DNA of 61,549 nucleotides, from the NCBI RefSeq assembly GCF_964213995.1, contig NW_027590347.1, forward strand, positions 372,001 through 433,549, written 5' to 3'. Source of the stretch: Mustelus asterias. Its lineage: Eukaryota. Position numbers and translations under genes: made by a program. Shown one piece after another: positions 23,948 through 36,844 of this stretch (positions are counted from its first letter, which is position 1; every line of letters starts with the position of its first letter). The notes under the pieces are model-generated. The model made no database searches. It saw nothing but the letters and a program-made list of their open reading frames with translations, and was not told where the DNA came from.

Positions 23948-25635
23948 CTTTTATACCACTTTCTGGCTTACCAGGAAAAACAGCAAGGACTATGTATAAT
24001 TAGGTCCAATTTAAATATCTGGAAGATGTTGTCTGATATTTCTGCTTTGATTTGTAAACCAATAAATCTATGATTCTATGATTCTAAAACCGCAGACATC
24101 TTCGTTTAACGGTAACAAGGACTCTGTGAACAATCTTGGGTAAACGATTCGAAAGCGGGTAATGACTTTGGAATAAGGGCGGCGGCAATACACCAGAATA
24201 ATGCCAGGGATGAGGAATTGCGATGCAGATGGACTATGCAAACTGCAATTCTTCTGGAGTTCTCGGCAAAGAGACAGGTCCGACCCAGAGCGCGATGAAC
24301 TGAACCACGCGAAGGACAAGGAGGCGAGTTTGAAATACACCACAGCCCGAATTGGAATAGGGCTCTGTGCTCCAACAACAACCTGTCCTCCGTTCAAACC
24401 ATTCCCTCGGAGCAGTCTGAGTTACAGCGGCAAAACTCTTATAGAATAGAAACCCTACAGTGCAGAAGGAGGCCATTCGGTCCATCGAGTCTGCACCGAC
24501 CACAATCCCACCCAGGCCCTACCCCCACATATTTACCCGCTAATCCCTCTAACCTACGCATCTCAGGACTCTAAGGGGCAATTTTTAACCTGGCCAATCA
24601 ACCTAACCCGCACATCTTCTTATGTACTCTGTTCACTTTTTTTTCCATGTTATTGTCTGGAGTTGTGGATAGTAATGGCTGAGGCTCCAATAAATACCCT
24701 CAGCTATCAGGTACTGGCTTTCGAATTGAAGCCGAAGTTTCTGCCTCAGAGGCACAGACGCGATCCACTGTGACACAGGAGTTCATCTCTTAATATCAAA
24801 GGAGGTAGAACAGAGACCGAACTGAGGTGCTCAACATCATGTGGTTTTGTTAAAGTAAATCGCATGTCACAGTTTCCGCCGGCAGAACATTGGAAAACAC
24901 AAGCGTCTACTTTAGGAGGTGAGAGGGCAATGGAAAGATGAGATTCATTGATTACTCTGCGATTTGTTAAACTTGGAAGATGGTCATCGGATCCCGACAG
25001 TGCAAAAGGAGGCCATTCGGCCCATCAAGACTGCACCGACTCTTATCTAGGCCCTATCCCTGCGGTGTCGAAAGAGATGGCGGAAGAAGAGATAACAGTA
25101 AGTTTCAGAAGGGAATGGGAGATAAGTTGAAAGCAGAAAAGTGCAGTCACTGTGAGAGATGCGGGGTTTGAAAGCTGAATTGAAGAATTCTGTAATTCTG
25201 AATTCTCCACGTCAATTCTGAATTCTGTCAGGCAAAGATACCATGGGCCGAGTGGCCTCATCTCCTGCATTGATACGCTATGTTTCTATTTTGTCCATGT
25301 CCCTGGCCCCGTTATGCCCCTCCTTCTCTATTTCTTCTCAGTCACTTGGACAGTGAGCAGGTGCAGAATGGTGACAGATTCCGGAGATGGAAGTCTCGCT
25401 ATTTCCGTTCCGGGTGCAGCTGAAGCTGCCGCACACTTCACTCAATATTTTGTCTACTGCATCCCCGCCCACGACTTCCGTTTTCTGCTCTCACTCTGAA
25501 CCAATTGTGTGATTGGACGGATTGCTGCCGCTGCTCCATTCCTCTCATTGGTTGGATCAGCAGTGCAGTGGAACAGTGTCTTTCTGTCTCTGACAGGATT
25601 TCACTCATTGCAGAGTTACAGACTCAGGAAGCATC

Positions 25636-26133
25636 ATGGTGAACTATCTCACTCCGATCCTCATCATTCTCTCACTTCTCAGTAAGCATTTTCTTCCCAG
25701 TAAAACTACATGCTCCTCCTGACAGCTGTAACCCAGATATTCTTGTTGATAAAACAATAGTGATGATGATAATTGTATCGTTTAATCTGAGGCTAACTCT
25801 GATTGTCATATTGCTGTTGTTTCTGTTAGAAAGGAGCCACCAAGACGAAGTGGAACAATTGGATCCTGGAATAAAGGTTAAAGAGGAAAATGATGTCACA
25901 CTAACCTGCGCTTTGAAAACAAGCGATTCCAGCCCTAATGTGTACTGGTACAGTCAGCAGCCCGGGAAAGCTCCAGTGTACATGTTTCAGCTTATTGGAG
26001 AGAATGTGCAAAAGAATCCCGACCTCAATGATCGGTTTTCTTCCAAATTTGATAAAAAGAACAAGACTAGCGAGCTGACGATCAGTAACACACTGATTTC
26101 CGACAGCGCCGGGTACTTCTGTGCCATGAAGCC
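25636..26133 (+). CDS. TCR alpha/delta V segment, intact
   Basis: Leader 25636-25681 (MVNYLTPILIILSLL), V exon 25830-26133 (LTCAL..YWYSQQPGK..GYFCAMKP); RSS CACACTG(26134-26140)/24/ACAAAAACC(26165-26173). Confidence 0.92.
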
Positions 26134-27613
26134 CACACTGCTGCAGAGATATAGCGATTGCCGTACAAAAACCCCACACTGGCAGTTCCAGTTAGTGCCC
26201 AGCAGGGTGCGCGCGCACACACGCGGGTAATTCAGTTTCCACAGAGAATGTGATGGAGATTCTTAACATTGCAACAAAAGACAACTCTCAAAAACAGCAA
26301 CTGGTGTGGTCCAGTTGCAATTACATTAGTTAATGATCGGAACTTACATTTGCAATATCGATCTGAGATACTGCAACACCTTTTTTTTTCGTTTTCGATG
26401 CCTTTCTCATAGAAATCATAGAAACCGTACAATACAGAAAGAGGCCATTCGGCCCATCTAGTCTGCACCGACCACAATCCCACCCAGGCCCTACCCCCAG
26501 ATTCCTACATATTTTACCCGCTAATCCCTCTAATCTACACATCCCAGGACACTAAGGGGCAATTTTAGCATGGCCAATCAACCTAACCCGCACATCTTTG
26601 GACTGTGGGAGGAAACCGGAGCACCCAGAGGAAACCCACGCAGACACGAGGAGAATGTGCAAACTCTACACAGACAGTGACCCAAGCCGGGAATCGAACC
26701 CAGGTCCAAACATCACTGATGAGGATTTCGCTTTGTACTGAATCACTTACTAACCCGATACTCCTGGTGCAAGAATGCTGGTCCGCAGTGTGGAATGGAC
26801 ATTCAGCTGCCTCTCATATAGAGAGGCAAAGTTACAGAATTTCCAATTTGACATTGTTATTGAGTTGAGCTCCTTGCAGATAAATCCTAGCGGTCACCAC
26901 ACTGCCTATGGTAGCCCCACCCACAGTTTTCCTGTGTTGTTCGCACTCTGACCCGTCTCTCCTTTGCTGTTTTCTTGGATATTTCATTGGAGATATTGAT
27001 CTTTGCTGCTTTTCCCTGTTCGGCACTGATTGGATCAGCAGTCCAATGGGGAGGCAAGCTATATTTCCACTCTGAAAGAGGATTTGACAGACTGCAAAAT
27101 TACAAATTGAGAGAACATCATATGGAAATATCACAGACCATTCATTGTTCTGTCACTTCTTATCAGGTAGATGTTTTGACTAAAGCATCATCCTCCCCCG
27201 CGCTATAGCTGATATCCCAAACATGATTAATAACAAACTGCTTGTTATGTTGCTGTGAGGATGGATATTGTCATTCTCCATGTCAGAACAGAGCCATCAG
27301 GACTCAGGGGACCGGTCGGTTCCTGAAATGACGGTTGAAGGGGAAAGTAATCCCCTGTCGTGGGATGATCAACTTTACTTTGTTCCTTTCGTCCCTCCGC
27401 CAATAGGATGAATTGCAGATAAAGGAACTGTGAGGTCATTGGTTGAACTGAAGAACATAGGAGATTGATGCCGATTGGATGTCATCTGATGACGTTCTCA
27501 ACAGTAAGCCAATCAACAGGGAGCCGGATATGACTCACCCTTTTCCCAACTCTTGACCGAAACAAATTCAGCTTCAACCCGTTCTGGTCAAATTCACCGC
27601 GAGCTCTGCAAAC

Positions 27614-28487
27614 ATGTGTCTTGTTACTTTGTATTTATTCCTCACAGCGGCAGCTCTGTTAATCGGTAAGGTCACAAGTTGCCCACTCCGTGTTACACAC
27701 CATTACCACACACTATATTCTGTCGGGCTGTTCGCTCAATGCAAGGGGGTTGATCAGGGAATGGATTGATCACAACATCGAAAAGTTATTTGGATCTCTC
27801 TGGTCTCAACACTGAACACTGTTGGGATTAGGCACATTTCCCCCAGGGATTGATAGAGAATGATTTGGGCTCAGATTCAAGCTCCTCTGATACCAGTGAA
27901 CCACTTTGACAAACATCACATTTCAAACAGACCGTGAGCAGTTTCCAGTTACAGGGACTGAAGACGAGGAACTGATCTCGTTAGAAAGAAGAGAATGCTT
28001 ATGGTGGAAGTTTTACTTCATCGCCCTAACGTCTTCCCATTCCAGCCACTGAACTGTGAAAAATATGTTTCTGTTTTGCTCTCTGATTTCTCCCTGAGAT
28101 TATTTTTGCCGATAACGGGCAATATCTGGGAAAACTGAGTGAAATTGCAATGTTTAATTTAATATTTCTTTGGACTCTTACAGGACATTCCCGAGGAGAT
28201 TCTGTTTCACAGACAGCGGCTGCAGTCACCGTCACTGAAGGAGATGATGTTCGGTTGCTCTGTAATTACACAACTACAAGCAGCAACCCTGATCTATTCT
28301 GGTACCGTCAGTATCCCAGTGGATCCATGGAATATCTGCTGCAGACAAATAAATACACCGGGAACACAGGGAGATCCAAAGGGAACCGTTTTTCAGTAGA
28401 ACTCAATTATACAACCCGCACAGTCCCTCTGAAAGTGTCTGAAACAGAGCTGGCAGACTCCGGGGTTTATTACTGCGCACTGAGACC
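27614..28487 (+). CDS. TCR alpha/delta V segment, intact (inverted paralogue of the 17.3k V)
   Basis: Leader 27614-27665, V exon 28184-28487; RSS CACAGAG(28488-28494)/23/ACAAAAACT. Confidence 0.93.
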
Positions 28488-29553
28488 CACAGAGACACAG
28501 AGCTGGGCTGAACCTGTACAAAAACTGCCAGAGCCTCGCTCAACATAACAGAGCATTAGGCAAACATTGTGATCAGAGTGAGTCTGATGTGGAACCTGAA
28601 ATCGTGCTGGTATCTCAAACTTTTAATTCTTATGTATATATGAATTATTTATAAATATATTACCAAACTAAAACAATGGGGGCAGCTTAGAGAATGACCA
28701 TTTGACTATTTATAGAGTTTGATGTCCCAAAGTGTTTCCCTGTCACTGTGGAAAACACAGCAGCCAATTTGGACTCAGTGTGACATTTCATTCAGTAATA
28801 TTGTAGTGTTCTGTCTGTTTCAGGAATTGTGGTTGGTGAACAGATATCAAACAGGACATTTCTCCTGCTCTTCTTGGAAACAGTGACCATGTGATGTGTC
28901 ACCTCCAGCTGAGAGGGAACACGGTGCCCCCGATTGAACAGGTCACCGAGAGGCTGGCCGCTCTGACGGTGCAGCGTTCCCTGAGCACGGCACTGTCTCC
29001 TCGGTAAGTTCCCGGATTCTTATTCCTGCCAGACTGTCTGTGTCCTCTGGAGCGGAAAGAATATCTGAACCGACTGGAGACAGAATCCGGGAAATCCTAG
29101 GAGGTGGTGACCACTCATTAACCCAATCCGGGAAAGAAACGGATTTAAATTTTAAAAATGAAATTAAAAATAAACTTTTCTGGCCCGTGGAAATATGAAG
29201 ACAATGAATTTAATCTCCAGAAAGAAATTTCAGTCGAAAACAGAAAGAAAGATTTTTATTGATGCCTTTTACAGACTTCCGATGTCCGAAAGCGCTTTCT
29301 AACCCAAGGAAGCTCATTTCCAGTGTCGCCGCTGTGGTGATGTTAGAAACTTTATTAACAGAGAAAACAGTGGGAATGTTTAATTCTCTGTCAGACAGGG
29401 TTGCCACACTGATCCAGGAATAAAGAGATTGCGGAGTCCAGGTATTTGAAGGTTACTTTGAACTCTCTCACACACAAGGACCCACGCACACACTCTCCCT
29501 CTGTCTCTCGATGCAAAATCTCTGTCAGAGAGTGTGGCAAAACCTGTGCAAAA

Positions 29554-29851
29554 TCTCACTAGCTGTCCTGTCTGGAGACAATACACATCTGCTGAATGCT
29601 CCCTCCACTCACATTGTCTGTACCTTTAAGACTTGATTAGCTGTAAAGACTCACATTCCAATCATTATTCATGTAAATTGAGTTTGTGTCTTTGTGCCCT
29701 GTTTGTGATCAGAACTCCCACTCACCTGACGAAGGGGCAGCGCTCCGAAAGCTCGTGGCTTTTGCTACCAAATAAACCTGTTGGACTTTAACCTGGTGTT
29801 GTGAGACTTCTTACTGTGTTTACCCCAGTCCAATGCCGGCATCTCCACATC
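29554..29851 (+). mobile_element. Penelope-like repeat 3' end with hammerhead motif (29722-29758)
   Basis: tcac-CTGACGA-aggggc agc gctcc-GAA-AGCT-C-gtgg, followed by the same tail as 15780-15870. Confidence 0.72.
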
Positions 29852-29855
29852 TTGT

Positions 29856-30560
29856 CTAGGTCACCAGAGGAACAGATTGCGAAATGATGAGACATATCTT
29901 TATGGCGCAATGCATGCAGTTAACCTCCAAATCTACTTCAGAGCAGCGGTAATGAAAGCTCTCAGATGTAGAGATCGTGTAGCCAAAAATTACTGTTATA
30001 TCATCTTCCAGGGCCGTTAACTGAGATTGCCCCAGCAATTCCTAGAACGAAACATTGGATGTGTCAAAGTCTGCTGTAGTTATGAATACTTGGATTGCTC
30101 AATAATAATTTCAACACAGACTCACCTCGTTAAAAAGGCTGTATTATCCGACAGTACCACGCACCACTTCCTGAATCAGTCGCTAATCAGCCATGCTAAA
30201 CTCTCCCTCAGTGTACCCGAACAGGCGCCGGAGTGTGGCGACGAGGGGATTTCCACAGTAACTTCACTGCAGTGTTAATATAAGCTTACCTGCTACACTA
30301 ATGAATAGACTGAAGCACTGAACTTCTGATCTAACCAATGACAGAAATCGACCAGCGGCAGCAATGTCTGGAAAAGCACAATGGTGTTAGAATGAATAGC
30401 AGCAACCGGAAGCTGTGACTGGGGTCACCGCAGACTCAAAGCTGATGGAAGTGCGGAGTTCTCAGCGGCAGTCGCAGGTGATGGAGAGGAAACAGCGACA
30501 GCTGAAACCTGCAGCAGTCTGTGACAACCTGCATCTGCTCACTGCTCAAGTGACTGAGAA
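29856..30560 (-). pseudogene. Highly degenerate V relic with its promoter
   Basis: GQSQLTALEDDITVIFGYTISTSESF resembles FR1/CDR1 of the 19.7k V; donor-like GTGAGT near 30120-30125; 30320-30560 resembles the promoter of the 25.6k/49.8k family. Confidence 0.45.
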
Positions 30561-31454
30561 AAAATAGTGACGGACGGGCGCGAATGGATCAGAAACAATT
30601 GACTCTCCCTGTGGCTCAATGAAAGACCTTTCCCAATTGCTCTTCTCACCCCCCATTCCACGAGTTGTTTTCCGTTCTCAAGGTCTGGCAATGCCTTTTT
30701 GAAATTTACTATTGAATGCTCTTCCTTTATAGTTTGCGGCGCTCTTCTCCAGATGGTAACAAATATCAATGCAATGAATAACATTTATCGATCCCTGTCC
30801 ACTTTTCTGTGAAAATAGGATGACTTGGTCGTTTATTATCGAACAGGTGCATTGCTGCCTTTGTTCGTTCAAATGAACAGCGAACCGGTCTGAGAGACCT
30901 TGGGACCTATCTCAATGTCTGGCCCTCTACCACTTCATTAAATATCCCATAACTTACCCGGAATACTGCTCTGTCTAGATAGGCACAGAAAGCTTTCAGA
31001 TATGGAGTGACTGTCCCTTAGCACTCCTGACTGGTCTTCCAGAGCTTTCAGCTCCGACGGAGTCTGGGAAACTCAATGTCTGTCACTCGTCCCTGCAGCC
31101 GAACTTAGAATGTGTCACAGACTGGAGTGGGATTTATCACAGGAAATAGACAAAGATCCTTCGAATATTGACTCACCGAATACCACGATGATTTCAATCT
31201 GGAAGCACCGTGGAACACGTACTCCCCGGATGACATTTCCACGGAAAATAATCGAATTTAAATATATTTTGTCCTTTCTCTTTTGATATTAAACAGTAAA
31301 CCCAAATCAGGGACAGGTCTCGCTGATCGGGTGACTGTGGTGCGTATCCAAGGGAGAGAGTGATTAAAGTCCCAGCTCTCTACACAGGCTGTACACGTTC
31401 CGGGTGATCGCCGCAGGTTTTTGTACGGCCCTGTACGGTCTTTGCTACACTGTG

Positions 31455-31957
31455 CCTCCATCGCACAGAAATAGGTGGCGGTGTCTGTCAGCCGAGCTTC
31501 ACTAACATTCAGAACGCTGCGTTTCTCTGAGAAACTGTACTGAGCCGTGATCCTGCCCTGATCGCTGGTACCGCTCACCAGGTGCTGCACGGTTCTGTCT
31601 GGACTTTGTCTGTACCATTGCAGGATCTGTACAGCTACTGTGGCTGAACAGTTCAACGATGCAGTGGCTCCCTCGGTAACAACCACTGACTCCGGAGACT
31701 GTGATAGCTCTTCACTGCCAGCGGCATCTGGGAAGAATATGTACATTTGCAGTAAGAACATATCGTACTATAATGTAGCACAATAAAGTACCATTGTATT
31801 CACAATTCGAGATAATACAATAAAGCTGAGTACAATTTAACAGAATCTAACATTGCTGAGGTGTGAAATATTGCTGTCAGAAATAGTGACCACACTTACA
31901 CTGAGGGAACAGTAAGAAATCCAGCAAAATAATCACCAAAGTGAAGCTCAGGAACAT
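31455..31957 (-). CDS. TCR alpha/delta V segment with very short CDR2, intact
   Basis: Leader 31957-31900, V exon 31727-31455 (LNCSA..QWYRQSP..TYFCAME); consensus RSS CACAGTG(31448-31454)/23/ACAAAAACC. Confidence 0.92.
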
Positions 31958-32157
31958 GTTGGATCCTATCGGCTTGTGTGAAACAGCTGTCAGTAGATCC
32001 CAGGCTGAGAGAAGCTCCTGGGGAAGCAATGCTATTGGATATCAAACCGAGCCCCAAACCAGTCACAGAGTGGCGGTGAGAGCCGGGTCGCTGGGACTTG
32101 TGATCACAAAGTGAATCAGTGAGGGAGCTTCAGCATTGATAGTGCGGGGGAGGAGAG

Positions 32158-32683
32158 TGCGCATGCGGCAGAGCATCCGGTATTGTGACGTCAGAACATC
32201 CGGTATTCTGACGTCAGAACATCCGGCATTCTGACGTCAGAGCATCCGCGGCATTGGAACCTCATAGAATCATAGAATGCCGACAGTGCAGAAGGAGACC
32301 ATTCGGCCCATTGAACCCGCACCGACCACAGCCCCACCCAGGCCCTCTCCCCGTAACATCACATCTTTACCCCGCGAATCCCCCTGACACGAGGGAGCAA
32401 TTCAACATGGCCAGTCAACTTAACCCGCACACATTGGGACTGAGGGAGGAAACCGGAGCACCCGGAGGGAACCCACGCAGACACGGGGAGAACATCCAAA
32501 CTCCAGACAGACAGTGACCCGAGGCTGGACTCGAACCGGGGGCGCTGTGAAGCAGCTGTGCTAACCACTGTGGCACCGTGCCGCCCAACGTCAGACGTCA
32601 GAACATCGTGCATTGTGACGTCGGAATGCGGATATGTGTGGCGTCAGAATGTGTGACGTCACCCTGTAGCCCATGTGACGTCA
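32158..32683. promoter_or_regulatory. Tandem CRE (TGACGTCA) array plus NRF1-like TGCGCATGCG, upstream of the 31.5k V and split by a SINE
   Basis: Perfect CREs at 32186, 32209, 32232 (23-bp period), 32654 and 32676, plus imperfect ones in between. Confidence 0.6.
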
Positions 32684-33825
32684 CTGTGAACTGCGAGTAA
32701 CATCAGTGGGTCTGGTCTGTGGGTCAGAAACATCTCTCCTGGAGCTGATCTGAATATTCAGCCCTGAGTTGATGGGAATTAACAGCTGATCAGAAACATC
32801 TCTCCCGGAGCTGATGTGAATATCCAGCTGTGAGGTTGCGGAATTAAGATCTAATCAGAAGCAGGGAGGTCCTGCCTTCATGTGGGCCAGTGGTACAAGC
32901 AACACCGGGATCCACAGCCAAGGCTTATGAGAAAAAGCTCTGTTTTGAAACAAATATAAGGAAGATTTTGCTAATACAGGTCTCCCAGTAGAATCTGTCT
33001 ACCAGTTAAGCTTCCTTTTCTGCTTCCCATGAATTGTTTATTCCTTTAAAACCAAGGTTTGATGTTCAGGTCAACTCCGGGAAAGTGTTTCCGCCGGCAG
33101 AACTTGGAAAACACAAGCGTCTACTTTAGGAGGGGAGAGTGCAATGGAAAGATTAGATTAATTGATTACTCTCCGATTTGTTAAACTTGGAAGGTGATCA
33201 TCGGATCCCTACAGTGCAAAAGGAGGCCATTCGGCCCATCAAGTCTGCACCGACTCTTATCTAGGCCCTGCGGTGTTGAAAGAGATGGCGGAAGAAGAGA
33301 TAATAGTAAGTTTTAGAAGGAAATGAGAGATAAGTTGAAAGCAGAAAAATGTCCGTGACTGTGAGAGATTCGAGGTTTGAAAGATGAATTGAAGAAATCT
33401 GTCAACTCTGAAATCTGTTAGGCCAAGATACCATGGGCCGAGTGGCCACATCTCCTGCATTGATACGCGATGTTTCTATTTTGTCCATGTCCCTGGCCCC
33501 GTTATGCTCCTCCCTCTCTATTTCTTCTCAGTCACTTGGACAGTGAGCAGGTGCAGAATGGTGACAGATTCCGGAGATGGAAGTCTCGCTATTTCTGTTC
33601 CGGGTGCAGCTGAAGCTGCCGCACACTTCACTCAATATTTTGTCTCCTGCATCCCCGCCCGCGACTTCCGTTTTCTGCTCTCACTCTGAACCTATTGTGT
33701 GATTGGACGGATTGCTGCCGCTGCTCCATTCCTCTCATTGGTTGGATCAGCAGGGCAGTGGAACAGTGTCTTTCTGTCTCTGACAGGATTTCACTCATTG
33801 CAGAGTTACAGACTCAGGAAGCATC

Positions 33826-34323
33826 ATGGTGAACTATCTCACTCCCATCCTCATCATTCTCTCACTTCTCAGTAAGTATTTTCTTCCCAGTAAAACTACA
33901 TGCTCCTCCTGACTGCTGTAACCCAGATATTCTTGTTGATAAAACAATAGTGATGATGATAATTGTATCGTTTAATCTGAGGCTAACTCTGATTGTCATA
34001 TTGCTGTTGTTTCTGTTAGAATGGAGCCACCAAGACGAAGTGGAACAATTGGATCCTGGAATAAAGGTTAAAGAGGAAAATGATGTCACACTAACCTGCG
34101 CTTTGAAAACAAGCGATTCCAACCCTGATGTGTACTGGTACAGTCAGCAGCCCGGGGAAGCTCCAGTGTACATGTTTCAGCTTATTGGAGAGAATGTACA
34201 AAGGAATACCGACCTCAATGATCGGTTTTCTTTCAAATTTGATAAAAAGAACAAGACTACCGAGCTAACGATCAGTAACACACTGATTTCCGACAGCGCC
34301 GTGTACTTCTGTGCCATGAAGCC
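33826..34323 (+). CDS. TCR alpha/delta V segment, intact (direct duplicate of the 25.6k V, offset 8190)
   Basis: Leader 33826-33871, V exon 34020-34323; RSS CACACTG(34324-34330)/24/ACAAAAACC. Confidence 0.92.
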
Positions 34324-34877
34324 CACACTGCTGCAGAGATATAGCGATTGCCGTACAAAAACCCCACACAGGCAGTTCCAGTTAGTGCCCAGCAGGGTGC
34401 GCGCGCACACAAGCGGGTAATTCAGTTTCCACAGAGAATGTGATGGAGATTCGTAACATTGCAACAAAAGACAACTCTCAAAAACAGCAACTGGTGTGGT
34501 CCAGTTGCAGTCACATTAGTTAATGATCGGAACTTACATTTGCAATATCGATCTGAGATACTTCAACACCTTTTTTTTTCGTTTTCGATGCCTTTCTCAT
34601 AGAAATCATAGAAACCGTACAATACAGAAAGAGGCCATTCGGCCCATCGAGTCTGCACCGACCACAATCCCACCCAGGCCCTACCCCCATATTCCTACAT
34701 ATTTTACCCGCTAATCCCTCTAATCTACACATCCCAGGACACTAAGGGGCAATTTTAGCATGGCCAATCAGCCTAACCCGCACATCTTTGGACTGTGGGA
34801 GGAAACCGGAGCACCCGGAGGAAACCCACGCAGACACGAGGAGAATGTGCAAACTCTACACAGACAGTAACCCAAGT

Positions 34878-35881
34878 GAAATTGTGGGTCTGATCAAAAA
34901 GAAAAAAGAGGCAGACATGAGGTCCAGGCAGCTAAAAACAGATGGAGCACTGGAGGAATACAGAGAAAGTAGAAAATAACTCAACAGGGAATTAGAAGGG
35001 CAAAAAGGGGTCATGAAATGTCCTTGGCAGACAGGATTAAAGAGAATCCTAAGGCATTTTATACATATGTTAGGAACAAGAGGGTTGTTAGGGAGAGAAT
35101 CGGGCCTCTCAGGGACAAAGGAGGGGAATTATGCTTAGAACCAAAGGAAGTAGGTGAGATCCTAAACGAATACTTTGCATCAGTATTCACGAAGGGGAGA
35201 GACATCTTGACTGGTAATGTCTCAGAGAGATGTGTTGACCCGTTAGAAACAATCTCAATTACAAGGGAGGAAGTGTTAGGTTTTTTAGATAACATTAAGA
35301 CAGACAAATCCCCAGGACCAGATGGCATCTATCCTAGACTCCTCAGGGAGGCAAGAGATGAAATTGCTGGGCCTTTAACAGAAATCTTTGTCTCTTCACT
35401 GGACACAGGTGAGGTCATGATGTGGAAATGCCGGTAATAATGGTATTTGCTACCAAATAAACCTGTTGGACTTTAACCTGGTGTTGTTAAAACTCTCACA
35501 GGTGAGGTCCCAGAGGATTGGAGGATGGCAAATGTGGTCCCGTTATTTAAGAAGGGTAGCAAGGATAACCCGGGTAATTATAGGCCGGTGAGCTTGACGT
35601 CCGTGGTAGGAAAATTGTTGGAGAAGATTCTTAGAGATAGGATATATGCGCATTTAGAACTGAATAATCTCATTAGCGATAGACAACATGGTTTTGTATG
35701 AGGGAGGTCATGCCTCTCAAATTTGGTTGAGTTTTTTGAGGAGGTGACAAAAACGATTGACGAGGGAAGGGCCGTGGATGTGGTCTATATGGATTTTAGT
35801 AAAGCGTTTGACAAGGTCCCTCATGGCAGGCTGGTGCAAAAGGTGAAATCTCACGGGATCAAAGGTGAGCTAGCTAGATGG
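34878..35881 (+). mobile_element. CR1-type LINE internal ORF2 fragment (RT N-terminal region) with an 80-bp nested insert
   Basis: KENPKAFY..LNEYFASVFT..KSPGPDGIYPRLLRE, continuing as VPEDWRMANVVPLFKKG..NYRPVSLTS..YMDFSKAFDKVPH after the insert at 35417-35496. Confidence 0.92.
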
Positions 35882-36595
35882 GTTTGTCTGTGATCTTTCA
35901 GCTGAATTAAAGAACTCTCAACAGAAATTTGGTTACAATAAAACTGAATTTTTAACTTCAATTTTGAATTCATCTTTGATGCAAAATCTCCAATTCATTG
36001 TCTCCCAAGGTAATGGGTTCTCATCAAGTGGAGGTGCCTTTGCCAGCTTGGGTACATTCACAGGATGGAGGATGATCACTCCAGTGGCTCGGCAACAAGA
36101 GCCAACACCGAAAACAACAACCCACAACCAGACCTGAGAACCACTTCACTTGTGGCAAAACCTGCCTCTCACGGATTGGTCCCTCCAGCCATCAGTAACA
36201 GTGAACCAGAGGGTGCGTGGGCCTTCAGGGTCTCAGTGACCAGGAGAGAAAACAATTCTGCACACAGGGGCGTGAGAGCTGAACCCAGACAGAGTGGAGG
36301 GAGGGAGAAAACTGAGAGTGGAGAAAAGAATTGGTGGAGAGGGTGAGATGGGTTTGGATTTCAGCCCAGGGACGGGGGAGAGTGTGTGAGATGGGGATTT
36401 ACAGATTTGGGGCAAACGAGAGGAAAAAATGTTCCAAAAAAAAACTAGAATTATCTGTTCAGAATTTCTATCCTGGACCGACCGTGATTAATTTTGTAAA
36501 CTCTTTTTCCAGGTATGTCTTGCAGACACAGCAGAGTGGCTCTCACAGTCTGTGCAGGTTTTTGTATGGGACCTTCCTGTGTTTGTCACACTGTG

Positions 36596-36844
36596 GCTCA
36601 CAGCACAGAGATAGGTGGCAGTGTCTGTAACTCCGGCGTCTCTCACAGTCAGGGCACTGAATTTGTAGCCTCCACCGTACCAATGTATGTTGCTAAGTGA
36701 AGTGGTCGTGGTGCAGTTCATGGATACGGTTCCCCCTTCACTAACAACCTTCCGCCGAGGAAGCTGCATCACCTCATCTGCTCCAGTCACCCCATTGCAG
36801 GTCAGAGTGAAACACAGCAAACAGAGTCTGAAAATTCGGAGCAT
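36596..36844 (-). pseudogene. Intronless leader-V segment with 84-nt in-frame internal deletion
   Basis: ORF MLRIFRLCLLCFTLTCNGVTGADEV..NC..HWY^GGGYKF..TYLCAVS; consensus RSS CACAGTG(36589-36595)/23/ACAAAAACC. Confidence 0.85.

Noticed and set aside
24085-24440. Faint V-like scraps (DSV, PG, CACAGCC)
   Set aside because: No Cys/Trp framework or nonamer; insufficient support.
25760-25829. Hydrophobic ORF starts (MMMIIVSF.., also MFNLIFLW.. at 28150) as single-exon leaders
   Set aside because: They are translated polypyrimidine tracts; true leader exons with GT donors lie upstream, unlike the 36.6k/37.9k genes.
26175-26181. Second CACACTG immediately after the nonamer (also at 57.7k)
   Set aside because: No nonamer at 12 or 23 bp from it, and not conserved in 33.8k/49.8k (CACACAG).
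32170-32245. CRISPR-like short repeats
   Set aside because: Head-to-tail tandem units without spacers, in a vertebrate genome.
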